Positions 44,495-58,400 of a stretch of DNA of 64,000 bases are shown here, one piece after another. A model generated the notes under the pieces. That model was not told the origin of the DNA. It did not search any database and worked only from the letters and a program-made list of their open reading frames with translations. Position 1 is the first letter of the stretch. Every line of letters begins with the position of its first letter. Location of the stretch: NCBI GenBank assembly GCA_964035545.1, contig OZ037768.1, forward strand, positions 24,275,319 through 24,339,318, written 5' to 3'. A program made the position numbers and the translations under genes. This DNA comes from Bugula neritina (lineage: Eukaryota; Animalia; Bryozoa).

Positions 44495-46861
44495 CATTTA
44501 TGGAATAATCTTATTTTGATATGCTATGGTCTTTATTTGAAAATAAGTTTTTGTAATAGCACATTTTTAGTGGCTTATATTTTATGTTGCTGTTTCAGCC
44601 TTGGTAGTGGTTTAATGTAGTAGCTGTATTATTATTATTGTAATATTTCTAAACCTTCCACTGAAATAGTATTTATATGGGTATATTATGAATGATTGTG
44701 AAAACCACTTGTATGCATCATCTCCTATAGCTAAATAATACAATAATTATAATCTTTGAAAACTCAAACTTTTGTTGTAAAATTTCCTTGTCTACTAAGT
44801 TGATTGTTCCATGTTGGAAGTTGTCTACACATTACTAAAACATAATGTATTTTGGTGATGTGGAGAAAACTTCCACAGATGAGGGCATATTATGTAATAT
44901 GCCAGCATCTGCAGGATTATGATGAATATGATTTATTGTGCACAAGACATGGTAACTAGTTGATTAGTACAGAGAGAGTGTATACATAAAACATTAGCCA
45001 TTTAACTGAAGGCTGTTCATAGCTTTTTCTATAAAAGCTGGTATAGTAACAATATGCTATAATAGAATATTGGTATAGAATAGAATATTGGTTTATAGTA
45101 CTATTTTTATACTCGCGGAAGAAGTCGCAAAGCTATTCTGATAGGTCAAATCACTCAGTGTGATATATCGTGCCCTTTAACCCTTGGGATTTACCTAGTT
45201 TTCCGTCTGTCGTCGATCATCTTCCTGTGGCTGTTGTGTTCATACTAATAGTAATAAGGCTGATTGTCAACAACGTTTATTCATCATCTGATACTCTCAC
45301 TGTATTAAATAAATTTATAATCATTATTTTAATGTAGCTTGAGACACTTAAAAAGTAAATTTAATAGTTACAATACTTTTGATTTATTTCGTTTCTCATT
45401 TGGCAAAAATTAGAAATAAGATGAGCTGCCAATTTGAAAATTTTGATTCGATTTCGATTTGAGTTTAAAATTGGTAATTAAATTAGAATATCTTAGAAAA
45501 TTGTTTAATATTATTATTGTTATGAATTCAATTGTAAGTTTATTAAATTTAATTAAATATGTTAAGCTAAAACTTGGTCTATAATTTTAATAATATTATA
45601 AATTAAAATTTATTATATTATTCTTTACTTGTAGTTTAAGTTATATTATTACTATATAATAGTATATTAGTATTGGTAATATTACTATAAGTATTACAAT
45701 TTACTCGTATATCACTATTAGTATTACTATTATTATTAGTATAACTTATCAATTTTTAGTTGAAATACAAAGTGTTTATTATTTATTTTATAACTTTATT
45801 CATTGTCAACTTCAATGTCATTCATTCATTGACATTATGATTATGATTATGATTATCACTTTAAGTTAATAATTATGAATATTACCGAAAATATCAATAT
45901 GATTGTAATAATTGATTATCATTACTGAACTATTTTTACTTTTCAGATGAACGGCTCAAGTTGTTGTTAGTAACTAAAAGTAAATAACTTGTGGTCAATA
46001 AATCATATGATAAGGATTTTCATCATCATAATGACTAATGATGAAAATTGATCTTCAGATATACTAATAGTAATACTAATAGTAATACTAATAGTAATAG
46101 GAATACTTATCGATATACTCACAGTCTCACACTCATAGTCATACTACTACCAGTCATACCACACCGGTCATTTCTTCAAGTACAATAACTTGGTCGAATA
46201 TTGTGTGCTTCAGCTTTGAGTTCAGAGCAAAACCAAGTTCAAACCTTAAAACCTAGATTTTATTTTTGCTATCCAAACACACCATCACTGACACCATGAC
46301 TCACTATGATTATGTGTATTGCGATTGTCATCATTATGTCCTGCTACTTGTTGTATCTTGGTTTACACCCTTTCTAGTATGGTTATTACCATCACATTCA
46401 GTTTTACTGCTACTGTTATTATAAGTATAGCTATCTCTAAGATACCAGTTATGGTATTTGAGTAGTGCGAGTATGAAATTGATCATAATACTTTTTGTTA
46501 TAGCTGGAGTGATGAATGGCATACTTGGTCTAATAGTGGTACTACTAGTAGCTAACAGTGCCACTCAAGTCTCCAGTAGCTCCCTGATAGTGGCTAATGT
46601 GGTTCGTATATCATTCATATATTCTGCTAGTGAAGCATATCAAACTTGTGGTTGTATATTCAAGATTTGTGCACTACTTAATATAAGCAGTAGTTGAGTT
46701 TTTCATTCTTGTTTACTTTGAATAACTATAACGTCGTCTATTGGAGGATTTTGCTTGTAAACTATTTTTTCCATGAAACTTTGAGCTGTGGGAAATGTAG
46801 AGGGCTGTAAATCATGTTCAGTCAGCTGGGATTAACTTGTTATTGATAAATGATTTATTTG

Positions 46862-47032
46862 TAGTAATACAGTATACATTTATAGTAATACAGTATACAT
46901 TTATAGTAATACAGTATACATTTATAGTAATACAGTATACATTTATAGTAATACAGTATACATTTATAGTAATACAGTATGCATTTATAGTAATACAGTA
47001 TACATTTATAGTAATACAGTATACATTCATAG
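46862..47032. repeat. 21-bp minisatellite (~8 copies)
   Basis: TAGTAATACAGTATACATTTA. Confidence 0.9.
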
Positions 47033-47127
47033 TGTGCGTTGTACTGGCTAGTAGAAGTCTTGTGTATTTTTCTCACTTTCTGAAGTCAAGCAAACTTTGT
47101 AGATCAAATAATTTGCTTTGTGTTCAG

Positions 47128-50100
47128 TTATTCCGACACGGCGATCGGTCCCCGACAGCACCCCTTCCTAAGAATCAGTACAGCAACGAGTCCTATTGGC
47201 CCTTTGGATGGGGAGAATTGACCAATGTGAGTACTGTGGTGATGACTCCCAGAGAGAAGGCAACTTCTGATTTTCATAACCGAGTGATTATAATATACTA
47301 ATTGTTACAGAGATTTCGTATAGAAGGCCAAAAACTACTTAACACATTTTAGCAGACTTGAAATCTATAGTCTATTTGTATTTAGATTTAATAAATTGGC
47401 AGAAAATGGTGTTTTGTTGGATGCTGTTTAAACTGAAATGCACGTTACATTTTAGTCGTAGTATTCAACTGCTATATCGACGTGTACTGCATGTTTGTAG
47501 ACCGGGCGGGAGCAACAGTACAGACTCGGTCTCTTTCTAAGGCAGAGATACGACTCAGTGATTGACGATGTCTTCAACTATAAAAATGTTGGTATTATTT
47601 GCTGCAGCCTTGTTATCATTGATCTCTATTTTGTGTTATTGTGGCCAAACAAAGCAGCGTATAACTGAATATAACTCGACTTTGTTACCAGATAGAAGTT
47701 CGCAGCTCCGACAAGGACAGGTGTTTAGTCAGTGCCTACAGCAACCTGGCCGGCCTCTTCTCCAGCAACAACTCCGAGACGGAAGACCTGAAACTGCCGT
47801 GGATGACATGGCAGCCACTTCCTGTTCACACGCAGCCGGCCATCACTGACGAGGTTTGTGTGCCGCACCTGGTATACTGTGTCACTGTGTGCAGGTACTG
47901 TATTACTGTGTGCAGATACTGTATTACTGTGTGCAGACACTGTATTACTGTGTGCAGACACTGTATTACTGTGTGCAGATACTGTATTACTGTGTGCAGA
48001 TACTGTATTACTGTGTGCAGATACTGTATTACTGTGTGCAGACACTGTATTACTGTGTGCAGACACTGTATTACTGTGTGCAGGCACTGTATTACTGTGT
48101 GCAGACACTGTATTACTGTGTGCAGATAGTGTATTACTGTGTGCAGATAGTGTATTACTGTGTGCAGATACTGTATTACTGTGTGCAGACACTGTATTAC
48201 TGTGTGCAGACACTGTATTACTGTGTGCAGATACTGTATTACTGTGTGCAGATACTGTATTACTGTGTGCAGATACTGTATTACTGTGTGCAGACACTGT
48301 ATTACTGTGTGCAGATACTGTATTACTGTGTGCAGATACTGTATTACTGTGTGCAGACACTGTATTACTGTCTGCAGACACTGTGTTACTGTGTGCAGAT
48401 ACTGTGTTACTGTGTGCAGACACTGTGTTACTGTGTGCAGACACTGTGTTACTGTGTGCAGACACTGTATTACTGAGTGCAGATACTGTAGTACTGTGTG
48501 CAGACACTGTATTACTGTGTGCAGATACTGTATTACTGTGTGCAGACACTGTATTACTGTGTGCAGACACTGTATTACTGTGTGCAGATACTATATTACT
48601 CTGTGCAGATACTGTATTACTGTGTGCAGATACTGTATTACTGTGTGCAGATACTGTATTACTGTGTGCAGATACTGGCCATGGATAGACCGTGTACTCT
48701 GGGAGAGAAAGAGCTGGAGCGGGTATTCTCCACCCCCACTATACAACAGATAAACTCAGACTATGCGGAGTTCTTTAACCTGGTGGGTAACAATACTGGC
48801 GTGGATCTCTCCGAGAATGGTTTCAGAGATATCTGGACAGTAGCGGACTTCATGTACATCCAGGTGAGTCATGTGACATCCTGTGGTAGGTGATGAAGTA
48901 ATATTCTGTACTATGCTATAATAATATAATGTTCCTCCTATCTCTGCATAGGGAATATACTATCCCCCGCTACCAGACTGGACTACTGAAGGAAACATAA
49001 AGTGTAACGACAACCCAACCATCTCATGCAAAGACAAGACGGTGTACGAGATAATGAGAGAAATGAATGACTTACAGTTCTACGTTATGTACAACTCAAC
49101 CGAGCTGCACAAACTTGACGGGGGTATATGATATATCCTCATCTAGTATATGATATACCCTCATCTAGTATATGATATATCCTCATCTAGTATATGATAT
49201 ACCCTCATCTAGTATATGATATATCCTCATCTAGTATGTGATATATCCTCATCTAGTATATGATATATCCTCATCTAGTATATGATATACCCTCATCTAG
49301 TATATGATATACCCTCATCTAGTATATGATATATCCTCATCTAGTATATGATATATCCTCATCTAGTATATGATATTCCCTCATCTAGTATATGATATAT
49401 TCTCATCTAGTATATGATATACCCTCATCTAGTATATGATATACCCTCATCTAGTATATGATATATCCTCATCTAGTATATGATATACCCTCATCTAGTA
49501 TATGATATATTCTCATCTAGTATATGATATATCCTCATCTAGTATATGATATACCCTCATCTAGTATATAATATATCATATCCTTATCCAGGTCCAGTTT
49601 TGACGGATATCGGGAAGAAGTTTGGAGAGTATTTGGCAGGAAAAAGATCCGTCACGTACAACATTTACTCGGCGGTGAGTTTTCAGTATCCTTAGACTCT
49701 AACTGACTTGGCAATCTGTATACTCTACTCTGTATACTCTGTATACTCTACTCTGTATACTCTACTCTGTATACTCTGTATACTCTGTATACTATACTCT
49801 GTATACTCTACTCTGTATACTCTACTCTGTATACTCTGTATACTCTACTCTGTATACTCTACTCTGTATACTCTGTATACTCTACTCTGTATACTCTGTA
49901 TACTCTACTCTGTATACTCTACTCTGTATACTCTGTATACTCTACTCTGTATACTCTGTATACTCTACTCTGTATACTCTACTCTGTATACTCTACTCTG
50001 TATACTCTACTCTGTATACTCTACTCTGTATACTCTACTCTGTATACTCTACTCTGTATACTCTACTCTGTATACTCTGTATACTCTACCTGTATACTAT

Positions 50101-51424
50101 ACTGTATACTATACTGTATACTATATGAATATATCATCTACCATGTATCATACATAATACTGTCATCCCACACCATTGCCTTTCTCACGAGATTCACTCA
50201 TCTGTACGTCAACCTTTCAAACCGTTTTGAGACAGCAGGTTGTGTCAGACCAGGTAACTAGAAACATGTCAACTATTATATAAACTCATTGCTGACTTTC
50301 TTGTGACTATTGCAATTGCTGACTCTACGTTATATTTAGCACGACACGACAGTGTCTGCCGTTCTCACCGCCCTCCAGATCTCGGACGCTAAGCAGCCAA
50401 AGTACACCGCCACGGTCATGGTTGAGCTGCACAAGTCAGCTGGTGATGCTCAAGGTCACGAGGTCAAGGTCTTTTACAAGCCAATCACTGACAGCTCTTT
50501 TATTGTGGAGAAAAATCTGCCAGGTGAGAGAGTTTAGTCTGCGGCGTGAGTGAGTAGGTGTGTAGTGATACGCCGTGAGAAGGTGTGTAGTGATACGTCG
50601 TGAGAAGGTGTGTAGTGATACGCCGTGAGAAGGTGTGTAGTGATACAGTGTGAGAAGGTGTGTAGTGATACGCCGTGAGAAGGTGTGTAGTGATACAGTG
50701 TGAGAAGATGTGTAGTGATACGCCGTGAGAAGGTGTGTAGTGATACGCCGTGAGAAGGTGTGTAGTGATACAGTGTGAGAAGGTGTGTAGTGATACATTG
50801 TGAGAAGGTGTGTAGTGATACAGTGTGAGAAGATGAATCATTAGTATTTTGTGTTTCAGGTTGCCCAAGTCCTTGTAAACTTGAAGACTTCCTACAATAT
50901 GTCAAGAGATTTGAAATTTCTAACTGGGACGAGGAGTGTGGGAATAATGTGCCGACAACTCCGGCTCCACCATCCACAGACAGCCTCGGTCTCACTCACC
51001 GTACGTCTGCTACTTGTATATACGTCTGCTACTTGTATATACGTCTGCTACTTGTATATACGTCTGCTACTTGTATATACGTCTGCTACTTGTATATACG
51101 TCTGCTACTTGTATATACGTCTGCTACTTGTATATACGTCTGCTACTTGTATATACGTCTGCTACTTGTATATACGTCTGCTACTTGTATATACGTCTGC
51201 TACTTGTATATACGTCTGCTACTTGTATGTACGTCTGCTACTTGTATATACGTCTGCTACTTGTGTATACGTCTGCTACTTGTATATTTACAGAGGAGAA
51301 GATAACAATCATCGCCTGCTCCACCGTAGTCGTGGTATTCTGCCTCATTCTACTGATTATGTTTGTGAGAAAAAGGAGCTCTAGGTCTATGGCACCGTAC
51401 CTGTCCCTTGGCGTTGGTGAGTAG
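47128..51424 (+). CDS. Lysosomal-type histidine acid phosphatase (ACP2/ACPP-like), type I membrane; first exon(s) unresolved
   Basis: Exons 47128-47226, 47501-47587, 47692-47853, 48672-48863, 48952-49123, 49592-49674, 50340-50523, 50860-51000, 51294-51424. RHGDRSP catalytic motif, WPFGWGELTN, RSSDKDRCLVSA, WQPLPVHT, YSA|HDTT; C-terminal TM + RKR + YLSL (YxxPhi sorting-like). Confidence 0.9.
47875..48677 (+). repeat. 21-bp acceptor-spanning minisatellite (~38 copies)
   Basis: TATTACTGTGTGCAG|AYACTG; last AG 48671 followed by exon ATACTGGCC. Confidence 0.96.
49124..49591 (+). repeat. 22-bp minisatellite forming an entire phosphatase intron (~21 copies)
   Basis: GTATATGATATAYCCTCATCTA starts at donor 49124; acceptor ATATCCTTATCCAG resembles a degenerate unit end. 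Confidence 0.93.
49716..50122 (+). repeat. CTCTGTATA/CTCTA compound repeat
   Basis: Intronic low-complexity array. Confidence 0.9.
50546..50833 (+). repeat. 25-bp intronic minisatellite (~11 copies)
   Basis: GTGAGAAGGTGTGTAGTGATACRSY; unit start GTGAGA matches the donor GTGAGAG at 50524. Confidence 0.9.
51002..51287 (+). repeat. 19-bp minisatellite filling the last phosphatase intron (~15 copies)
   Basis: TACGTCTGCTACTTGTATA begins at +2 of donor GTACGT (51001) and ends ~6 nt before acceptor 51293. Confidence 0.93.
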
Positions 51425-52420
51425 CCTAAATACCCACCACTACCCACCACTACCCACCACTACCCACCACTACTCACCAGCACTCATCAATATTCATCTA
51501 TACGGCAAGGTATTGATCTCATGGTCTACAGACACACCCCACATGTCATTCCACCATGCCTTGCTGACTGAACACTTCTGTGTAATTCACTCTTGAACAC
51601 TTGTTGAGTTGAGATTCATTGGCTTTTCATCTGCTTTCAACAGAAGCCGAAGTGTTTTACTTTTAATCAAATATTCCTGTAAGTTTTTTTGTTATGAGTA
51701 ATCGAATAATTTTACAACGAAGTAGTGTAGTTTTATTACATATGCGTCCATATTGTATACATCGACATCATTTCCTCTGCAATTATAATGTAACTTTTCT
51801 GTTTTAGTAGCACTTGTTCTCTATTGTCTTGCAATTTACTGGAATTGTAAGAAAATTACTTTTTTCAACTGTTTTTATTTTCATTTCAGCTTTAATTGAT
51901 GCATAATTACACTGTTCTATGTATTCACATGGAGATAATACACCTGTTGAACTATTATATAATGCCTATTTTGTTTATTTGTATATCATCTTTGTTTTGA
52001 CATTTCATGGCGCCTTTGTTGATTAATAGTAGTTGGATGTATAGCCACGTATTTGATTCCTTTCAACAGTTCAACAGTTACACTATTGTATCTTACTCTG
52101 TTTCAAGTGCCTTATAATAATAATTTCTACATTGGATAAGCAAATCCTGATTTTTATTAAGTCTGGTTAGCATTTCAGTTACTAGTTGCTTTCACCTGGA
52201 TGATTGTTGAAACATTCAAATTCCACTGAGCATGTTTTTGGCGAACAAGCTGTATAGAATGTGGGTTTAGTTCTTGTACATCTTATCAGAAACAGGTCAT
52301 GTCACTGCTATCATGTGACCAGTCTGATGTGACATCTTTCATGTGACATCATGTTGTGCGCAATGCATTACACACAGATATGTAACCCTGCTTTTTTGGA
52401 TGGTTTGAATCAGCCTCGAT

Positions 52421-55400
52421 ATGAATATTGACGAATTGCAGGATACAAATCTGATTAATGGCCGGGCAGCAATTTTCAAGGTACATTTTATTTGTTTATG
52501 CTTATTTGATAACTGAAAGTTTAGGAAAAACTGGTTTTTGAGATTTCAAGCTGCACAAGTACAAAAACTATTTGCAACTATGAGTCACTGTCGGGATTTA
52601 GTCACATGATCTTAAATTTGGCAAATTATTTACCTTTTTTTGCAGGAAAACCTGTGTAATTATTTTGAATTCGTTAGATTTGAAACTGTTAAATGGAAGA
52701 CGATGTTTGGTTAACGTTAAATCCAAACTTTTGTCACTAAATTTTGGAATTTCTAGTTAATGTTAAATATAAACTTTTTGTCACTTGATTCATTCATGTG
52801 TGTTCTTAGATGTTACGATAACTCCTACTGTTTTCGTAGAACTTGCTGATTACCAAGTTCCGGCTAGTTGAGAAAATTGGTAGCAAAGTGGTGTTTAGTA
52901 AAGAAACATGTGCCGAGCTTGTAGAGGTCAAAGGACTCATGGATGAGCTTATGACTAACAGTCCAGATGCCAAAGTATGCAATTCCTGCAGGGTTCTACC
53001 AATTCTTTCTATTTTTATGAGCTTTATTCTTTTTTCTTTATAGATCCTATTGTTTGGAGTTTTTGAGAACAAAATGTTGTATTCAAGCTGCCGTGATTTT
53101 ATGTTGTTAGCCATATAATGTCTTAGTCATGGTCATCTTCGTATAAGTATGTTGGAGGGTTCTTATTAATATGGCATTTCCTGTTGGAATATATTTACTG
53201 TTTTTAAATTATTTATTTTTAAGCACTTTGCAAAACCAAAGTATATATAATACTGGGAAGATTATTGAATGGGTTGCTGTATCTGATTGCTTTATTATAT
53301 TATAATGTCACATTTGATTGGTTGAAAATAATCTAATGCTACATCTGATTGGGTGATTGAATCTATTGACTCACAGGTGAAGTATTCGCTGAAGAGAGTC
53401 AAGAACCGCACGGTGAAGCCAAAGTCAGTGCGTGGTTGGCTGAAGGATCAGAACAGAACTATGAATCTGTTCACTGTCATCACATACCCGATACTCCGGT
53501 GGGTAAGATGGCTTCTCCACAGCAACCTCTTCCATCGCTTCTTCTACCTTGTTGCTCTCTGGAATATGGCTTCAGTCGGTAAAGTCGATAATCTCATTTC
53601 ATTGTCTTGCAAGTGTTTTATTATTTGCTGTGGTTGTGTTATTTGACAAATTGGTAATGCAGTTATTTGTACCGGTAATGTGATAATTCATATGCGTAAT
53701 GTGGTAATTCATATTGATAATATGATAATGGAAATTAGTAATGTGGTTAATCATATTGGCAATGTGATAGTTTGTTTTAAAACTTTTGGGAGTCTACAAT
53801 AAGTTAGGATGGTTTTAACTTTTAATGAGTTTAGGGTATATCATAGTAATACTTTATAAGCAGACGCATGTCTGTACTACAGAGTAAAATACAATAAGAG
53901 TAATGTAGGAGTACTAATCAGTGTACTATTGGCAGCACTAGACATAGAATATGGACAGACTGGGCTTATGGCTGGCACTGATACATTCACGGTGCCTGTA
54001 ACTAGTAAAGCAATTAAGGTCAACCTAGCCATTGCCCAAATCACGCTGACTATCCTGCTGCTGCTCGAACTTGCCATGAAGTGGATCTTGGATTTCCAGG
54101 TACGTCTCTCTCTTTGCTTAGTATTTATGTCACTTTGAATATTGTGTGATTGTCATGTACTATGAGTCACTGAATATTGTGTGATTGTCATATACTGTGA
54201 GCTATTCTGTGAATTATAACTTGCTGTAGGGATACTGGAGAAGGTTCTGGAATTACGTTGACTTCTTTGTTGTCATATCTACTGCACCATTTAGTAAGTA
54301 TTATCATATCTACTGCACCATTTAGTAAGTATTATCATATCTACTTCACCACTCAGTACGTAACAAGATATATACTGTAAGTCTCTCTCTCTGTTTGCAG
54401 TTGGCACATTCTTTGAGTGGTATGAGTTAGACTTTGTGGGGGAGATCACGCTGCACGCCTGTAGAAGTTTGATTGCCCTGAAGCTTATTCACGAACTCGA
54501 TGCTCTCAAAGCTGTGTTGGAGTTGCTAGCCCTCACTGTAGCCAGCATGGTGCGACAACTTCTATGTTTATTTCAAGTTCTTCTAAGTTTTCTTTTCAAA
54601 ATTTATAATATGTACATCATATTTTGCTACAGGCTGTTTCCCAGTCTATGTTTAACATTTCCTGTTCTGATGGCGCTTGTAGGTGTACGTTGTCAGTTTC
54701 ATCGTGATGCTGACCTTCCTGTGTGGTCTGATAGGTACGACCCTCTTTGATGTTCACGTCATCCCTCCTTCTCAGGCCGGCCTCAATCTCAATGAAGTGA
54801 AGGAGTGGGAGGCTGCCTATGTCTTCAGTCATGGTTCGTTCGTATGTTTGTGTGTCTGTCTGCATGTCTGTTTGTCTAACTCTGATTCAGAATGACTGAG
54901 TTCTTGATTATGTTTTAATTTAGTTGCTTTATTGTATGGTTTGTTTGCTACGAGTCATAATAATAAATATACTAAAATAAACTAGAATATACAAGAATAT
55001 ACTAGAATAGACTAGAACATACTAGAATATCCTAGAACATACTAGAATATTAGAACATACTAGAATGTACTAGAATATACTAGAACATATTAGAACATAC
55101 TAGAATATACTAGAATTTCAACTGATTATGATGTTCCTCTCAGGCCTAGGAAGATCTCTGCTCATAATATTCAAACTCTTCACTCTGGACGGTTGGTACA
55201 AGTTCTACAAAGACTTTGCCCTGATCCACGACATCTATGCTTCTTCTATTTTCATCTTCACTTGGGTCTTCCTCTCTGCGTTCCTCCTCGGCAATCTCTT
55301 CCCTGCTCTACTCATTACCAACTTTCAGCGAATCAGAAGTGAGGTTAGTAAATGGGTAAAGTTACAGCTGCTTAGATGTCGCATTCTTCAGCACACATTC

Positions 55401-58400
55401 TCTAAAAACTGAAGTCTATGATTTTACAGTATTTGATAAGTTGGTGCAGCTAAACCCCCTAGACACCCCCTATGACACCTCATTGGGTATTTATGTTCAA
55501 CGAGTTGACGCGAATCTCTTCCCGTTCAATAGGAGCCTGGCGCAATTTTTTTAATCAAGCAGTGCTTGATCCTGACATACCGTAACGTAGCACGGTCAGC
55601 CCCGCCACGTTTAAAATTGGCTGACATTTGCTGTTACGGTCTACGTTACGGCAAAGTATGTCTGGGGAGAAAAGCTATATACTATTAACTGCTACTGCTC
55701 CACTTGAGAGCTAAAAGCACTCAATTCTGAGAGATTATCTCCTTTGCAGTTGAAAGAAGAGATGGAGCACTCAGAGATTGTGAGAGAGATGAGTCAGGAG
55801 ATTCTGCTGTTGGGAGATCAGATGCAGAACAACAGGATTCCTCTGGCAACAAATGTATCTAATGAGTCAACTGGTGAGTCATAGCTTGTCTGGTGATGAG
55901 TCATAAGTTATCTGACCAGTCATAGTACATGTGGTAATGAGTCATAGTGTATGTGGTGATGAGTCATAGTATATGTGATAATGAGTCATAGTGTATGTGA
56001 TAATGAGTCATAGTACATGTGGTAATGAGTCATAGTGTATGTGGTGATGAGTCATAGTATATGTGATAATGAGTCATAGTGTATGTGATAATGAGTCATA
56101 GTATATGTAATAATGAGTCATAGTGTATGTGATAATGAGTCATAGTATATGTGGTAATGAGTCATAGTGTATGTGGTGATGAGTCATAGTATATGTGATA
56201 ATGAGTCATAGTGTATGTGATAATGAGTCATAGTATATGTGGTAATGAGTCATAATACATGTGATAATGAGTCATGATAATTTATTTGATATGCATGGAA
56301 TTTCTAACTATTATCCTCTGCTATATTATACTGTAGAAGCTTCTAGTTTCAGACTGTATCAGCACTGCATTATGTTTTATATACAGTTTTGATTTACAGT
56401 CACTGATAAGATTGGCGTTGATGTGGTACTCAAAGCAACTTCCTACTCTGAGACTAGCATACACACAGTTGATATTAGTGAAGCCTTCCTTGATAAACTC
56501 TACGCACACCCCACTCTACCTGTATGTATAGCTAGCTCCTCCCACCCTACCTGTATGTATAGCTAGCTCCTCCCACTTTACATGTATGTATAGCTAGCTC
56601 CTTCCACTCTATCTGTATGTATAGCTAGCCCCTCCAACTCTACCTGTATGTATAGCTAGCTTCTCCCACTCTACCTGTAGGTATAGCTAGCTCCTCCCAC
56701 TCTACCTGTATGTATAGCTAGCTCCTCCCACTCCACCTGTATGTATAGCTAGCTTCTCCCACTCTACCTGTACGTATAGCTAGCTCCTCCCACTCTAGCT
56801 GTATGTATAGTTAGCTCCTCCCACTCTTTCTGTATGCATAGATAGCTCCTCCCACTTTACGTGTACGTATAGATTTAATTAACATCCTCATTACAGGGAG
56901 AAATGCACTCTGATACATATGGACTAAAGTCTAGCAAGTCTGAGATATATGGTAAGCATTATGTTGTATATATTGGTATTTTAGTTTCACTGCCATCCTT
57001 AGAGATATTATACTATACATATATATCTATTATCTCTGGATAATTGTATCTTTATCCTATACAGTACTGTGCATTTCTAGCCATCCACCTGAGTTGTTTA
57101 TCTTGTATCCTAGCAACCACACCCATAGTAGCCGTCCAATCAGCTACTCCTCCCACCCAATCACCAAAGTCTTCCCTCGCATCAGAATCTGGAGCCACAC
57201 CTACTCAAGAAGTCTTTTCAAGAGCCACGTCTGCAGCTGCCAAGGGCACATCCACACCCACTAAAGACACGCCCACTGGTTCTCTAACCACACCCCCACT
57301 TCCTCCAAGAGCTTCTTTTGCCTCCGCCCCGAAAGAGAAACTTTTTCTGTCTCAGCTTGACCTCGCCAGTCTGATGAGGATAATGCCGTCAGAGTTGGAG
57401 CCCGGCAGACCTATGACGGCGGTGAGTGATGACCTCCGTGCTGCCTAGCAATTAGCTGGCTGGCCCTTCGTGGGAACTTTACCCCCTACGGGTTACCTTG
57501 TGTGTACTACGCTACTCTCTAGTTACAGTAAGCTACAGGTGAGTTAATTTAGATGTTGACTGGTGTTTAGGTTCATGACTCAAGGGCTGTGGAAGGTGCC
57601 AGAACTAGCAAGACTGAACATGAGAAGGTGGCTAAGCATCGTGGATCTAAACCTCTCAGTGCGAAGGGCAGTCTCAAAGGGTCGTCGGCAGTCAACATGG
57701 GTGTGTATTCTGGTACTCAGTCTATGTCTGGTGTGTATTCTGGTATTCAGTCTATGTCTGGTGTGTATTCTGTGATTGGATTATTTGTAGAACTACTTGC
57801 AGTGTTAAAAGTAAAAAGCATTACTTTATTGTGATGAAGTGAATGTCTATGAAACAAAAACAACCTTTTGTAGTTAATTGTTAAGCTGTTTTGTCAGTTT
57901 TGTGATGTTTTTAGATCTGCCAAAATCATATTCAAATAAATAATTGTAGCCCAGATTCCTAGTTTAGCTTCTGATAGTTCCTCTACCATCCCCGCTGATC
58001 ACATCAATGACAGAGAAAAAGTTCATGGTAGGTTTTCATGCCAGCATTCTGTTTTAGTAATACTTACTGTCATATACTCTGACTCATTGTTATAGTGCAG
58101 ACTATCATATACTCTGACTCATTGTTATAGTGCAGACTATCATATACTCTGACTCATTATTGCAGTGCAGACTATCATATACTCTGACTCATTGTTGTAG
58201 TGCAGACTATCATATACTCTGACTCATTGTTGTAGTGCAGACTATCATATACTCTGACTCATTGTTATAGTGCAGACTGTCATATACTCTGACTCATTGT
58301 TATAGTACACACTATCATATACTCTGACTCATTGTTGTAGTACACACTATCATATACTCTGACTCATTATTGCAGTGCAGACTATCATATGCTCTGACTC

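Noticed and set aside
45948-45980. Candidate upstream phosphatase exon (DERLKLLL)
   Set aside because: Plausible acceptor and frame, but no supported start exon or signal peptide; left unresolved.
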